A DNA stretch of 64,000 bases. Source: Chloroflexota bacterium (GTDB taxonomy: Bacteria > Chloroflexota > UBA11872). A program made the translations under genes and the position numbers. The notes beneath the pieces are model-generated. The model did not search any database. It had not been told where the DNA came from and worked only from the letters and a program-made list of their open reading frames with translations. Positions within the stretch are counted from its first letter, which is position 1, and each line of letters begins with the position of its first letter. This document shows positions 36,448-46,812 of this stretch, in pieces. The stretch covers positions 3,075 through 67,074 of the forward strand of contig DAOUJT010000176.1 of the NCBI GenBank assembly GCA_034422315.1, read 5' to 3'.

Positions 36448-39432
36448 TTACCTCGGCGCCGCCAATAGCATGGCATCCAGCAGCCGCTTTTCCTCGCTTC
36501 CCCGTGGGTAGAGTGCGGTCAGGGCGTTGGCGAGGCGCAAGAAGTCTGGGCCGCGCTCCTGCTCGGCGCGTAGCAGGTTGCGCAGGGCCTGGCTGCGACC
36601 CGACGCCTGGAGCAGCATGGCGGCGTGCACCCGGTCCAGCGTGGTCGCCGAGAGCCTAAGCTCTGCATTGCCGCTGGTCAGCATCGATGACCTGCTCCGC
36701 CTCCGCGCTCGTCCCCGGACGGCGGGCGGCTCATCGGGAAAGAGGCTCAACTGCGGAGATACGTTCGCTGCCGCCTCCATCTCGTCGGCTACGGCGGCGG
36801 CGCCCGACTCGCCGAACAGTTGCTTCCCGCGCTCAGTGACAGGGAGCATGCACACTACACCCCTCTTCGTCTCGATGATGCGCGATTCCCAGTCGTCGAG
36901 GTGGATGCCCAGCGGCTGGGCGAACCGCCGCGCCACGTCAAAGGGCAGGCTGTAGCCGGACGACTTCCTGCGCGGCGCTTCGTCCTCTTCGTCGTTGGGG
37001 GTGGCACAGTCTTCTGAGAACACGCCTTCCGACGTGCTCTGCAAAGTCCAGAGGAACAGCGCGGTGAGGCGGGCGTCTTCCTCCAGCGCCCCTGCCGCGC
37101 CGTTGCGGGCCTGCGCCTCCGCCGTACCCAGCACCTGCTCCAACGCCTCGCGGCCTACCACCTCCCACACTCTCTCCAGGTACTCCGGCAGGCTCACCTC
37201 GCGGCCCTCAGCCGTCTCCACGGCGCGATAGCGACTGTAGATCTCCAGTGCCGGGCCGACGCAGGCGAACACCAGGTCCGCGCCCCGGATGCCTTCGCCT
37301 TGGAGCCGCTGCATCCAGTCTGCGACGCGGCCTGGTAATTCGTACAGCACGTCGGCCCAATCGCCGACCGGCGCATCCTCTGGTCGCGGGCGGCAGATGA
37401 GGTGGACACTAGTGGCAAGGGCAGCGGAGGCTTGAGAGCGCAGGCGGCCTGGTCTTTCGGTGGCAACAGGCCAAGAGCCGGTAATGGTCCAGCCGCCTCG
37501 GATCAAGCCAGAAAGCAAAGCCTCCCAACCCTCGGTGGTCTTGTGAGCGAAGACGACCGAGCCCACGCCGTCCTGGCTGAGGATACGGCGACCTTCGGCG
37601 AAGGCCTTCGCCATCGTTTCCTCAAACCAAGCTTGGCTCTTGGGCATATTGTTGGAATGTTTGGTTTCATCTTGCACGATCTCGGGAATCTTGGGGGAGA
37701 GTGAACCGCTCGGATCAAATGGGTCTCTCAGCAACGAGTGATCAGGCAAGGCGCGCTTAAGCCACACAAGAAAGAAGTCCGAGAGTTCTGCGTACGGAAC
37801 CGCATCGTAATATGGTGGGTCGGTGAACCAAACGCTAGCGCTCTGGTCAGGTAAGGGATGATCTACTGCATCTGCTTGCTGTACTTGACCGTGTGTGCCA
37901 GAGAACTTCCTAACGAATCTGATCCCGTAGCCAATTGCACCTTCAAGAGATCCTGTTGAATTACCCGTCGGACACGTCTCACAGAAATCCCAAACCATTG
38001 GAAGGGCTTGTCGTCCGAAGGTCGCGGCAGATGATTCTCTCGGTCCAGCCCAACGAGATAAGGCGGAGTTGAAATCCGCCATTTTGGATAGCGTTAGGCA
38101 AAGTCCACCAACAATCTCACTGTCTACTCGAGTGTTCCGAATTAACGTGCTCAGCGCCATCAATGCCACTTTCTGCCGCGCGGTGAACAGATCGCCCCAA
38201 TGGAGCATCCCGTACCGTTGGACGCTGAACGCGCGGCCGGCCCCTGAACCTCCTCCTGCGGGAGTCGGCTCATCCGGCACGGGACATAACCCCGGTCTTC
38301 CGCCACGCTCCCACTCGTCCAACATCGCCGTGACGCGCTCTTGCGCCCCACGGATGACCACATAGTCCGCATCGACTGGCAGGCGGTAGTGGCGCCCCCT
38401 TTCGCTAGGCTTGAGGGTCACGACCGCCGTCATGCGCGCTCCGCCTGCGCGGTTGCCATGTTCGTCGAACACCACGTCCGCCCCGCCTCTCTGCGCGGCA
38501 AGCTGGGAGCGCACCCGGTCCGGCGGCAGGACGGCCCCGCAGCAAACGCATGTAGCCCTGGCCCTTGTCACGGTCCCAGTGGCGACCTCGCTATCGGACT
38601 CCGGCTCAATAATCTTGAACTCCACGCGAGGAGTGCTGTCATCGCGCACCACGTCGGAGCGCAGCGCCCACTTGCGGTTGGGCTTCCGGCACAGCCACAT
38701 GGAACGCATCAGGGGTATCTCCGCGCCGCAGTCGGGAGCCTCGCAGCGCACTGTCCGCGCCCATAGATAGGCGATCGGTGTTGCGCCGTCCGGGTCTTTG
38801 GGATATAGGTCGGCCAGTTCGTTCTCTGCCTTGGCCTTGACCTCCGCGCCCACCTTGCGCAGATCGTCAGCCAGACCCGGCCCGCGCCTGGGAATGTCCT
38901 CCAGCATCACCTTGAGGATCAGGCAGGCCACGGGGTTGAGGTCGCTGGCGAAGGCCTCGCAGCCCAACCGCAGGGCCTCCAAGGGAATCGAGCCGCCGCC
39001 CGCGAAGGGATCCACTACTGGGAGCATCTCCTCCGGATGGGCGGCCTTCACGAGGTCGCGCCCGATCTCCAGGTACTCCGCCTTGGCCGCGTTGTCCCAG
39101 TTGGCGAAGTCGGCGATGAACCGGAGCAATACGCGCCGCAGCCCTTCGTCAGCCTTCACATGCTCGTCCCACGCGCCGGGACGGGTCCGCATCGCCAACA
39201 GTATTTCCCGCGCACGCGCCTTGAACGCCGGCGGGCAGTGCTCGTCGCACGGATCGGGTAGCAACAGCGCCATGAGCACGGCCCGCGACGACGCCAGCGG
39301 CCGCCGCGCCCACCACAGATGCAACGTCGAAGGATGCCCATGCCGAATCGACTTTTCCCGCGCCGCGTGCCGCGAGACCTCCGCAATAGGAAAGTCGACT
39401 TCCGCTAGGCGCTTGCAAGACACAGGGATCAT
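36448..39432 (-). CDS. DUF1156-type DNA methyltransferase
   Basis: 'AAREKSIRHGHPSTLHLWWARRPLASSRAVL' is the DUF1156 signature as I recall it. Motif I 'VVDPFAGGGSIPLEALRLG', motif IV 'WFTDPPYYD'. The start is set at ATG 39432 (track ORF extended to 39582). Confidence 0.75.
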   Translation of the reverse strand: MIPVSCKRLAEVDFPIAEVSRHAAREKSIRHGHPSTLHLWWARRPLASSRAVLMALLLPDPCDEHCPPAFKARAREILLAMRTRPGAWDEHVKADEGLRRVLLRFIADFANWDNAAKAEYLEIGRDLVKAAHPEEMLPVVDPFAGGGSIPLEALRLGCEAFASDLNPVACLILKVMLEDIPRRGPGLADDLRKVGAEVKAKAENELADLYPKDPDGATPIAYLWARTVRCEAPDCGAEIPLMRSMWLCRKPNRKWALRSDVVRDDSTPRVEFKIIEPESDSEVATGTVTRARATCVCCGAVLPPDRVRSQLAAQRGGADVVFDEHGNRAGGARMTAVVTLKPSERGRHYRLPVDADYVVIRGAQERVTAMLDEWERGGRPGLCPVPDEPTPAGGGSGAGRAFSVQRYGMLHWGDLFTARQKVALMALSTLIRNTRVDSEIVGGLCLTLSKMADFNSALSRWAGPRESSAATFGRQALPMVWDFCETCPTGNSTGSLEGAIGYGIRFVRKFSGTHGQVQQADAVDHPLPDQSASVWFTDPPYYDAVPYAELSDFFLVWLKRALPDHSLLRDPFDPSGSLSPKIPEIVQDETKHSNNMPKSQAWFEETMAKAFAEGRRILSQDGVGSVVFAHKTTEGWEALLSGLIRGGWTITGSWPVATERPGRLRSQASAALATSVHLICRPRPEDAPVGDWADVLYELPGRVADWMQRLQGEGIRGADLVFACVGPALEIYSRYRAVETAEGREVSLPEYLERVWEVVGREALEQVLGTAEAQARNGAAGALEEDARLTALFLWTLQSTSEGVFSEDCATPNDEEDEAPRRKSSGYSLPFDVARRFAQPLGIHLDDWESRIIETKRGVVCMLPVTERGKQLFGESGAAAVADEMEAAANVSPQLSLFPDEPPAVRGRARRRSRSSMLTSGNAELRLSATTLDRVHAAMLLQASGRSQALRNLLRAEQERGPDFLRLANALTALYPRGSEEKRLLDAMLLAAPR

Positions 39433-39484
39433 CTGGCCGTATCCAGCGTTATTACCCAAATACTCACCGCTGTTCTCAGCATCT

Positions 39485-41224
39485 TCATGCTCTATTTTGC
39501 CTACGCATGTTCTCCACCGCCTTCTCGAAATTCGGTGGCGACGGTTTTCGCGACCACTCGTCCCAGAATTCAATAGTCGCACTTAGCGGCTTCTCACATG
39601 GTTTGCGAATGCGAATTCGGCTCGGAAGGAGTACGGCATCACCAACCACAAGCGCCTCACCGATGTCGAGAATCGGAAGTGTATCCATCAGTCCTTCGAG
39701 GCTCTCCGGCATCAAGCGCCGCACTGTTGCCTGGTCATCGCTATTGGTGAGTCGCAAAGACATGACGTTATGACACTGGCTCAGTATCGTCGCACTTACA
39801 TCCGATGGTCGTTGGCTAACTACAAACAGTGCTACTCCGTATTTTCTCCCCTCTTTGGCAATCTTCTCAAAATTCTCGATTGCGCGTTGTTCGACCGGGT
39901 TTGCCCCTTCCTTGTGGGATAGATAAACGTGGGCCTCATCACATACAAGAGCCATTGGTGTCCGGCTCTCACGATCCGTCCAGAATTGCACTTGGTAAAT
40001 GATTCGCGCCACAAGTCCGACTATTGCAGGAAGGATCTCAGCCGGAACTTCAGAGAAGTCAATGACCTTGATCTGTGATCCATCGGTGGAGTAGTCCATA
40101 AGCTGACTAACGATAGCTGCCATCGCACTGTAATTGTGTGAATTGCACGGAGCCTGAAATAAGAAACCATACCTCTTGTCCGTTAGTCTACTGTTGAGTC
40201 GAACAAGCAATCGACTGAATTGGCCATGGAATGGTCCATTCCTCTCTCCCCCTCTTGCTCCTGGTACCCGCTCCTCGTTTAGGCGCCTCAACTCTTTCAT
40301 TACTTCATTGATGGAAAAAGGGACTGGACTGTCCAAGGTGAAAGCGCTCAAGACTTCCATCTTATCTAGTTCTTCTAACTGCCTTCTCTTTTCGGCTATC
40401 ACCGCGTCCTGGAACGCCATCACTTGGTTGTGTGCGCTGAACTCACTTCGGTCTATGAACATTGCCTGGAGCTCCTCGGCATTAAGCAACCAGTAGGGCA
40501 GGAATAAAAGTGAATTGTTAGCCTGTCCAAGCTCCTCCGGGCCTGGCACTCGAAGATGACGGGCGTATGATAGCTCTCCATATTCACCGTGAAGGTCGAA
40601 CACGATCATGTTCGTCGACGGAAGGCGCGCGGATTGCTCCAAAATTGCAGCCACGCACCACGACTTTCCAGACCCAGTACTCCCAAGTAACGAAGCATGG
40701 CGTTGAAAGAACTTGTTTCCATCCAAGTAGGCGGTCGCATTTTCATCGATGGTGTACCGACCGACTTCGAGCGACTCGGATCCCTTTCCTTCGTCAGAAA
40801 GCAATGCCATAAACGTCTGCAACGGAGCGTCCCTGAGAACAAGACAGTTTCCATCGATCTCAGGCACCTGGATCAGCGAACGCGAAAACTCCGGCGTGTT
40901 TTCAAGTGAGAGGCCTACGGTTCCTACCAAAGTGACTCGAACAGTATTCAAGACCGCCTCGCGCTGGACCATGACGCTTGCTGCCTCAAGATCTTCATCG
41001 AGCTCCGAGTCCGTGAGATCTTCAAGCACCGGCGTCTTCACCACCCGATCAATAACACCTATCAGCCATTCCTCAATTGGGCCAGGCAATTCAATTGCCA
41101 CTAGCTGACCAACCCGGGCCTTCCGAAGATCTTCATCGCTGTTAACCTGAACGTCGACTCTTCGAGTGTCGACAGCACGGATGTTCCCGAGCGTGTGCGA
41201 TGTATCGAAAGAAAAAACAGCCAT
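39485..41224 (-). CDS. herA: HerA-like (DUF87/FtsK-HerA superfamily) ATPase of a SIR2-HerA pair
   Basis: Walker A 'LLGSTGSGKSW', Walker B 'MALVCDEAHVY', 'VALFVVSQRPSDV'. AGGAGG sits upstream and the ATG is 1 nt after the SIR2 stop. Confidence 0.75.
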   Translation of the reverse strand: MAVFSFDTSHTLGNIRAVDTRRVDVQVNSDEDLRKARVGQLVAIELPGPIEEWLIGVIDRVVKTPVLEDLTDSELDEDLEAASVMVQREAVLNTVRVTLVGTVGLSLENTPEFSRSLIQVPEIDGNCLVLRDAPLQTFMALLSDEGKGSESLEVGRYTIDENATAYLDGNKFFQRHASLLGSTGSGKSWCVAAILEQSARLPSTNMIVFDLHGEYGELSYARHLRVPGPEELGQANNSLLFLPYWLLNAEELQAMFIDRSEFSAHNQVMAFQDAVIAEKRRQLEELDKMEVLSAFTLDSPVPFSINEVMKELRRLNEERVPGARGGERNGPFHGQFSRLLVRLNSRLTDKRYGFLFQAPCNSHNYSAMAAIVSQLMDYSTDGSQIKVIDFSEVPAEILPAIVGLVARIIYQVQFWTDRESRTPMALVCDEAHVYLSHKEGANPVEQRAIENFEKIAKEGRKYGVALFVVSQRPSDVSATILSQCHNVMSLRLTNSDDQATVRRLMPESLEGLMDTLPILDIGEALVVGDAVLLPSRIRIRKPCEKPLSATIEFWDEWSRKPSPPNFEKAVENMRRQNRA

Positions 41225-41225
41225 G

Positions 41226-42344
41226 TCAGCCTCCTAGGATTTCCGTAGTGAAGGTAGCGATGTCCCAAAGTCGCTTGTCGGGAAGAATTAGCCAGTCCGC
41301 ATATTGTCTATTGAATATGCGTGTCCCGTTCTCGCCGTCTCCTGAAGCCTTGCATACAAGCCAGAGGTTCTCGGACCGCCGAAGCAAGGACTCAATCCGA
41401 ACGTTCAAGTCTCTAGTGACGATAACTCCCTTGCAGGAGTTCTCAGCGAGCTTGCGATTGATGTAGGCTTCAAGATGACTATCATTGAAACCATAGCCAA
41501 GAAAGAAGAACCTATTTGCCTGGTCGATCGCCTCATCAGCAGAAGTCAACAATTCGCGTCTGTAGTTCTGCAAAGTCTGAAACTTTGAAAGGCCAGGAGT
41601 GATCATAACGCGGCTCGTGAAGTCTGGTGCATCCCACATCCAAGCGTTATTCTCTACGACGGTGTTGTTGTGAAAAAATAGATTCAGTGATCCGTGAACC
41701 TTGTATAGCCGGATGTGCTTACGATCTTTCGTGACACTACGTATTCGTCGACGCTGCGTCACTCTGCGTGTATATTGCATGGAGCGAATTGCTCTAGGCC
41801 AATCTATAGTACGATGTATACCTCCACAAAATCCCGTTGTATACTGTATGGAGTGGGCATCGCAACTATGCTCAAATAGCGTGTCATAGTTTGGTGTTAA
41901 GACGTGCAGAGCGCTGTCGGATGAAGGGAGCGTTTCTACTAAGCGCTTAAAGAATACCATCGCAGGCCACTCAACTTCACCCTGATATACTTGCAGTGCG
42001 AACTTTCGATCGAGTCCAGAGATGAAATTAGCAGTGGCAGACGTGATAGTATGCACCAACTGAGGATCGGTCACGTGATCGAGTGCTGTCTCAAGGTCGT
42101 TTCCGCTATTCAGAGATTCCAAAGCTTCGTTCCACTGCATGCTTTGCTGGTGATTGTAAGAATCGACGATGACAGACCCTTTAAGTTCACTTGTGAGCGC
42201 CGGCATACCGAAGCGTGAGTCGACGGCACAGGACATACCAGTTCCGAAGAAGACAAATGGCTTGTCGCGAAAAAAGGCGCGTATGGCAGTCTTGGAAATA
42301 TCTTCGGTGAGAGGAGGTAATCCTGTGATCGCGCTACTAATCAT
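41226..42344 (-). CDS. SIR2-like protein of a SIR2-HerA pair
   Basis: 'FVFFGTGMS', 'VLTPNYDTLFE', 'LYKVHGSLN', 'FFFLGYGFND'. Low GC (43-50% in hand-counted lines). Confidence 0.75.
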   Translation of the reverse strand: MISSAITGLPPLTEDISKTAIRAFFRDKPFVFFGTGMSCAVDSRFGMPALTSELKGSVIVDSYNHQQSMQWNEALESLNSGNDLETALDHVTDPQLVHTITSATANFISGLDRKFALQVYQGEVEWPAMVFFKRLVETLPSSDSALHVLTPNYDTLFEHSCDAHSIQYTTGFCGGIHRTIDWPRAIRSMQYTRRVTQRRRIRSVTKDRKHIRLYKVHGSLNLFFHNNTVVENNAWMWDAPDFTSRVMITPGLSKFQTLQNYRRELLTSADEAIDQANRFFFLGYGFNDSHLEAYINRKLAENSCKGVIVTRDLNVRIESLLRRSENLWLVCKASGDGENGTRIFNRQYADWLILPDKRLWDIATFTTEILGG

Positions 42345-42564
42345 TTAGGGTTAGATATCGTGCTTCGGGCTCTCGGAATACCGTTGACTGAGCCAAGGCG
42401 TTGACATCCGGCGAAGCGAGTTGGACCTTGTGCACCTCATGCCTCAGGCGATGCGCGGGATCTTCTGCTGGCTCCTCTAACCGTCGATCGGCGGCCCAGT
42501 TTGGTGACGCTGTAGAGACAGGAGCAGTCGCGACGGTCTCCGGCTATCGGGCACTCGTCGGAGA

Positions 42565-42957
42565 TCATAGGCGCTTGTCCACCCATTGCACCACTGCTTC
42601 CGCCATGCGTATGGCGTCGGCGTACGCTTGCTCGGAAACCGGTGGGGCCGCGGAGGGATAGCGAGACGCCCACGCGTAGTCCGAGAGGACTTCAGCCCGG
42701 CGCACCTCTTCCGGGATGGCGTCTCCCGTCTCTTCCAATAGCGAGAGCAGACGGCCCAGGTCATGCGTGTAGGGAAACTCGACGCCCTGGCCTATGAACA
42801 CCGCCTTGAGAGCCTTCTCTGCCGCCTGCTGAGCGTCAAAGCAGAGGTCCTCCAGATAGTCACCAGGGGCGCGGCGTTTGGCTCGCGCAAGGTTGCCTTT
42901 GGCCCGGCCCATCCACTCCCGCGGGTCGTCGGGCGGGAAGCGTTCAGGCTGCGTCAT
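42565..42957 (-). CDS. HEPN-domain protein (HEPN-MNT type TA partner)
   Basis: 'AKGNLARAKRR...DLCFDAQQAAEKALKAVFI...YTHDLGRLL...ASRYP'. It overlaps the MNT gene by 14 nt. Confidence 0.65.
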   Translation of the reverse strand: MTQPERFPPDDPREWMGRAKGNLARAKRRAPGDYLEDLCFDAQQAAEKALKAVFIGQGVEFPYTHDLGRLLSLLEETGDAIPEEVRRAEVLSDYAWASRYPSAAPPVSEQAYADAIRMAEAVVQWVDKRL

Positions 42958-43288
42958 ACACCACGCGACCCTCTCGCAGCGCGGGCTTATACACCAGCGG
43001 ATGGCTGTCCTTGTACCGCTCGATGTTCTCGGGGGTTGCGACGACAAGGTCCACGGCCGCATTCGTGCCTCGCAGCGCCCGGCGTATTTTGCCGGAGAGG
43101 CCCCAGTGATCGGCGCCCGACTTGACGACCAGGATGTCTAGGTCGCTGTGCGGTCCCATCTCGCCGCGCGCGGCAGACCCGAAGAGGATGATCCGCTCCG
43201 GCTGTGCGATCTCGACGATGCGCTGGACAATCTCCTCAATGTCGCCCGTGGTGACGTTGGTATTGCCCATCGAGGTCTTGTCCATCAT
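42944..43288 (-). CDS. Minimal nucleotidyltransferase (MNT)
   Basis: 'ILFGSAARGEMGPHSDLDILVV'. Its ATG overlaps the helicase stop (ATGA at 43288-43285). Confidence 0.7.
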   Translation of the reverse strand: MMDKTSMGNTNVTTGDIEEIVQRIVEIAQPERIILFGSAARGEMGPHSDLDILVVKSGADHWGLSGKIRRALRGTNAAVDLVVATPENIERYKDSHPLVYKPALREGRVVYDAA

Positions 43289-46200
43289 CCACCGCCCGCT
43301 CGGTATTCTGCCGGCTCCTCCCGAACCATCATTGGCTGGGTCATGGCATCCACTTCCAGCCAATAGTGCTGCACCTTGGTGACCTCGTGCCACGGGAAGC
43401 GCGCGGGGTCCTCAATGGGTTCCTGCAGCTGCGGCTCGGTGGCGCAATTGGTGACAACGTAGAGCCAGTAGCAGTCGCGGCGGTCCTCGGCCACGCGCCG
43501 CTCGTTGGGCGTTAGTAGGATCGTGCCCGTCTCGGCGGCTAGGCCTTTCACCTCTATCAGACGTAGCTGGCCGGACTGCACGTCGAGGCTGGTCACGTCG
43601 TAGCCGAGGTTTTTCTCGTGCACGTCGAAGACTTGGCGTCCCAGGGCTTCTTCGTACTCCATGACCACCCGCATGGCGGTCATCTCAGTTTCCGGGTTGG
43701 GACGCAGCCGCTGCACTTCGGGGGTCTCGCGTTCCGGGTGGGGCAGGATCAGGACGCTTGCAAGTCGCTCGACGCCCTGAAGGGTGAGCGCCCGCTGCTG
43801 GGTCAGCTCGCGTCGCCGCCGTTCCCGCCGGGCCATCGCTTCGCCATGCCGGGCATCCGCCTGCGCAAGTCGCCCCTCGGCGCCCATGATCTGCTGCTCC
43901 ACATCCTCCGAGGCGCGGCCGATCTCCTGGTCGATACGTTGAAGCACCTCGGTCAGCGATAGCTCCACGTGCTCGGCGATGCGGTCGATTTCGGTCACTC
44001 GTTCGGCCTTGACTTCGTCAATGAAGGGAGTGAGTGCGTGCTCGTTCAGCCAGTCGGTCGCCTCGGGGAGTGCCGTGACAGAGGGCGGGTCGTCAGGACC
44101 CACGTCGGCCGGGCTCAGATTGCCCACGATGTCCGGCTCGCGGAGATGAGGAAGGGCGCCATCGGCGAGCTCGACGGCGAACAGCCGCTCGTGGATGACG
44201 TGCCCCAGCCCGTCCACGACGCGGGCGCGGTAGAAGTCGAGCCGCGCCGGCGTTTCGTGGTCGAGCGAATGGAAGCAGGCGCCCTTGGCAAATGCGTCTT
44301 GGCCGATCTCGAGACAGTGACGCCGCAGAGCTTCGAACAGCGGATGACCCGGCGTGACCCACTCCAGGCTGTGCTGCTCCGCCGTGTCCCGGTCCGTCGA
44401 GAGACGGGGGTAGCGAGTGACGAGGTCGGGGAGGCTCCAGTCCGGCTCCCGTTCGTATCGCCGCAGCGCCGGGGGCGTCCGACCCGGCTGGAGCGTGTGG
44501 GACAGGCGGTACACCGGATCCAGGGTCAACCCGGCGTCCCGTGCGCTTGCGGTCATGAAGCGCGCAATCGTCTCAGGCACGACCCGACGTTCCTGGGCGC
44601 GAGCGCGGCGCTCCACGAGCATTTCAAGATTGAGCTTCTTGGCGGCGAGGCCCTCCAACGCGGTCTGGCAGATCTCTCGAAAGCGTCCTTCGTCCACGTG
44701 CCGCAGCAGGCGATCCTCCAGGTCTGCCTCTTCCAACTTCCCTGCGTAGAAGTCCCGGAAAACGCGGTCTATCTGCGCGGCGGGCAGCACCTCGCCTACC
44801 ACGTTGAACACGGCATCGTCGTCCAGTGCGTCCCGAATCTCCTGGAGCTTTCCTAACAACCGCTGGAGCACGTGCCCTTCGATGGTGTTGGCGGCGACGA
44901 AGTTGAAGATGAGGCAGTCGAAACGCTGGCCGTAGCGGTGGATGCGGCCCATGCGCTGCTCCAACCGGTTGGGGTTCCAGGGGATGTCGTAGTTGAAGAG
45001 GATGTGGCAGCACTGGAGGTTGATGCCCTCGCCGGCTGCCTCAGTCGCCACCAACACCTGGATGGCACCGTCCCGGAACTGCTGCTCGACGTAGAGGCGG
45101 GAACCCGGCTCATCCCGCGAGCCGGGCCTCATACCACCGTGGATGGAGCCTACGCGGAAGCCCCAGGACGTCAGCCTCTCCACCAGATGATCGAGGGTAT
45201 CCCTGAACTCGGTGAAGATGAGCAGCCGCTGGTCGGGGTCGTCGAAGAATCCCTGCTCCCGAATGATCTCGTTGAGGCGGGTGAGCTTGGCCTCGTCACC
45301 CGATGCTTCGATGGCTGCGGCTTGTGCCGCGAGTTGTCGGAGTTCGGCAACCTCCCTGCGGACCTCATCGGCGTTCCCGGCGAGCGTGACGGCCTCCAGC
45401 AACCGCTCCAGGCGCTCACGCTCGGTGTCCTCCAACTCGTCCAGGTCCTCCCAGTCGGGGAGGTCCGGCGGCGCCGTCCGCGCAAGGACCTCGGCTTGCT
45501 TGAGGCCCTCTTCCAAGCGATTGGCCCGGTTCTCCAGCGAGCGGCGCATGGCATGGGCGCTGGAGGCGAGGCGGCGCTGGTAGAGGGACATGAGGAAGCC
45601 GACCGCGCGGGCGCGAGGGTCGTCGCCCTGGGCTGCGGCGCGGGCGCTCTGACGTTTCACGAACCGCGTAATCGCTTGGTACAACTCGAACTCAGCGCCG
45701 TCCATGGTGAAGCCGGCCGTGTGCGTGATGCGCTTAGTAAACACGGGCTTGGCTGCCCATACGCCGTCCGGCTGGCGCTCCGGGAAGTAGACCATCGCCT
45801 CCTTGGTGCGGCGCAGGTAGAACGGCGCCCGCCTGCGCTCCATCGCCTTGCGGATGGACTTCACGTCGGCGTAGGCGTCCTGGTCCAAAAGCTGGAGGAA
45901 GAGGGTGAAGTTTTGCGGGTCGCCCTTGTGCGGCGTGGCGGTCAGCAACAGCAGGTTGTCGGCGCTGTCCCGCAGCATCTCGCCGAGACGGTAGCGCTGG
46001 CTCTTATGTGTCTCGTCTCGCGCCGACATGCGGTGGGCTTCGTCGACGATGACCAGGTCCCAGCGCACCTGCCGCAGACCGGGAAGGATGTCGTCCCGCT
46101 TGGCGAGGTCAAGTGACGTGATGACCTGCCGCTGTTCGAGCCATTGGTTGATGCCGAACTGGTCTCGTATGTCGCTGCCCTTCAGGACGAAGAACCGCTC

Positions 46201-46746
46201 GTCGAACTTCTCCCGGAGCTCGCGTTGCCACTGAAAGGCCAGGTTCGCTGGGCACACCACCAGCACTCGTTCGGCTAGGCCCCGCAGCTTGAGTTCCCGG
46301 ATGAGCAGGCCGGCCATGATGGTCTTGCCGGCGCCTGCGTCATCGGCGAGCAGGAACCGCACGCTGGGGAGCTTGAGCAGGTAGTCGTAGACGGCCTCCA
46401 ACTGGTGGGGCAACGGGTCGACCCGGGAAATGGAGAGGCCGAAGTACGGGTCGAACTCGTGGGCGATACCGAGGGCGTACGCTTGGAGGCCAAGTCGCAG
46501 GAGCCGTCCGTCGCCATCGTAGGAAAGGGTGGGATCGGCGATGGTGAGGCTGGCGATGTCGGCCGACGTCAGGGTCACGCGACGGAATCGCTCCGTGCGC
46601 TGACCGACCAGACCCGCTTCCACGGAGCCGATTCCGTTCGTCCGAACGGTTTCCACCCGCATCGGCTCACTGAACTGCGGGCCAGTCAGCACCTGGCCTT
46701 CACGGATCACGACTTCAGTGCTCACCTCGGTTTGACCCTCCACCAC
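43285..46746 (-). CDS. SNF2-family helicase with a C-terminal DUF3883-like PD-(D/E)xK nuclease domain
   Basis: 'LLADDAGAGKT', 'DLVIVDEAHRM', 'LLLTATPHKG', 'QRMGRIHRYGQ'. C-terminus 'GYDVTSLD...LRLIEVKG...CYWLYVV'. Confidence 0.8.
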   Translation of the reverse strand: MVEGQTEVSTEVVIREGQVLTGPQFSEPMRVETVRTNGIGSVEAGLVGQRTERFRRVTLTSADIASLTIADPTLSYDGDGRLLRLGLQAYALGIAHEFDPYFGLSISRVDPLPHQLEAVYDYLLKLPSVRFLLADDAGAGKTIMAGLLIRELKLRGLAERVLVVCPANLAFQWQRELREKFDERFFVLKGSDIRDQFGINQWLEQRQVITSLDLAKRDDILPGLRQVRWDLVIVDEAHRMSARDETHKSQRYRLGEMLRDSADNLLLLTATPHKGDPQNFTLFLQLLDQDAYADVKSIRKAMERRRAPFYLRRTKEAMVYFPERQPDGVWAAKPVFTKRITHTAGFTMDGAEFELYQAITRFVKRQSARAAAQGDDPRARAVGFLMSLYQRRLASSAHAMRRSLENRANRLEEGLKQAEVLARTAPPDLPDWEDLDELEDTERERLERLLEAVTLAGNADEVRREVAELRQLAAQAAAIEASGDEAKLTRLNEIIREQGFFDDPDQRLLIFTEFRDTLDHLVERLTSWGFRVGSIHGGMRPGSRDEPGSRLYVEQQFRDGAIQVLVATEAAGEGINLQCCHILFNYDIPWNPNRLEQRMGRIHRYGQRFDCLIFNFVAANTIEGHVLQRLLGKLQEIRDALDDDAVFNVVGEVLPAAQIDRVFRDFYAGKLEEADLEDRLLRHVDEGRFREICQTALEGLAAKKLNLEMLVERRARAQERRVVPETIARFMTASARDAGLTLDPVYRLSHTLQPGRTPPALRRYEREPDWSLPDLVTRYPRLSTDRDTAEQHSLEWVTPGHPLFEALRRHCLEIGQDAFAKGACFHSLDHETPARLDFYRARVVDGLGHVIHERLFAVELADGALPHLREPDIVGNLSPADVGPDDPPSVTALPEATDWLNEHALTPFIDEVKAERVTEIDRIAEHVELSLTEVLQRIDQEIGRASEDVEQQIMGAEGRLAQADARHGEAMARRERRRRELTQQRALTLQGVERLASVLILPHPERETPEVQRLRPNPETEMTAMRVVMEYEEALGRQVFDVHEKNLGYDVTSLDVQSGQLRLIEVKGLAAETGTILLTPNERRVAEDRRDCYWLYVVTNCATEPQLQEPIEDPARFPWHEVTKVQHYWLEVDAMTQPMMVREEPAEYRAGGG

Positions 46747-46812
46747 CGAGTAGGAACCATCGGACCTCAGAGGACACCCATCAACTCAAAGATGGTACGG
46801 CTTACCGTCAAA

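Noticed and set aside
39433-39582. 50-codon extension of the DUF1156 methylase ORF overlapping herA
   Set aside because: The family-typical N-terminus starts at 'MIPVSCKRLAEVDFPIAEV' (ATG 39432). The extension would overlap the HerA gene by about 100 nt.
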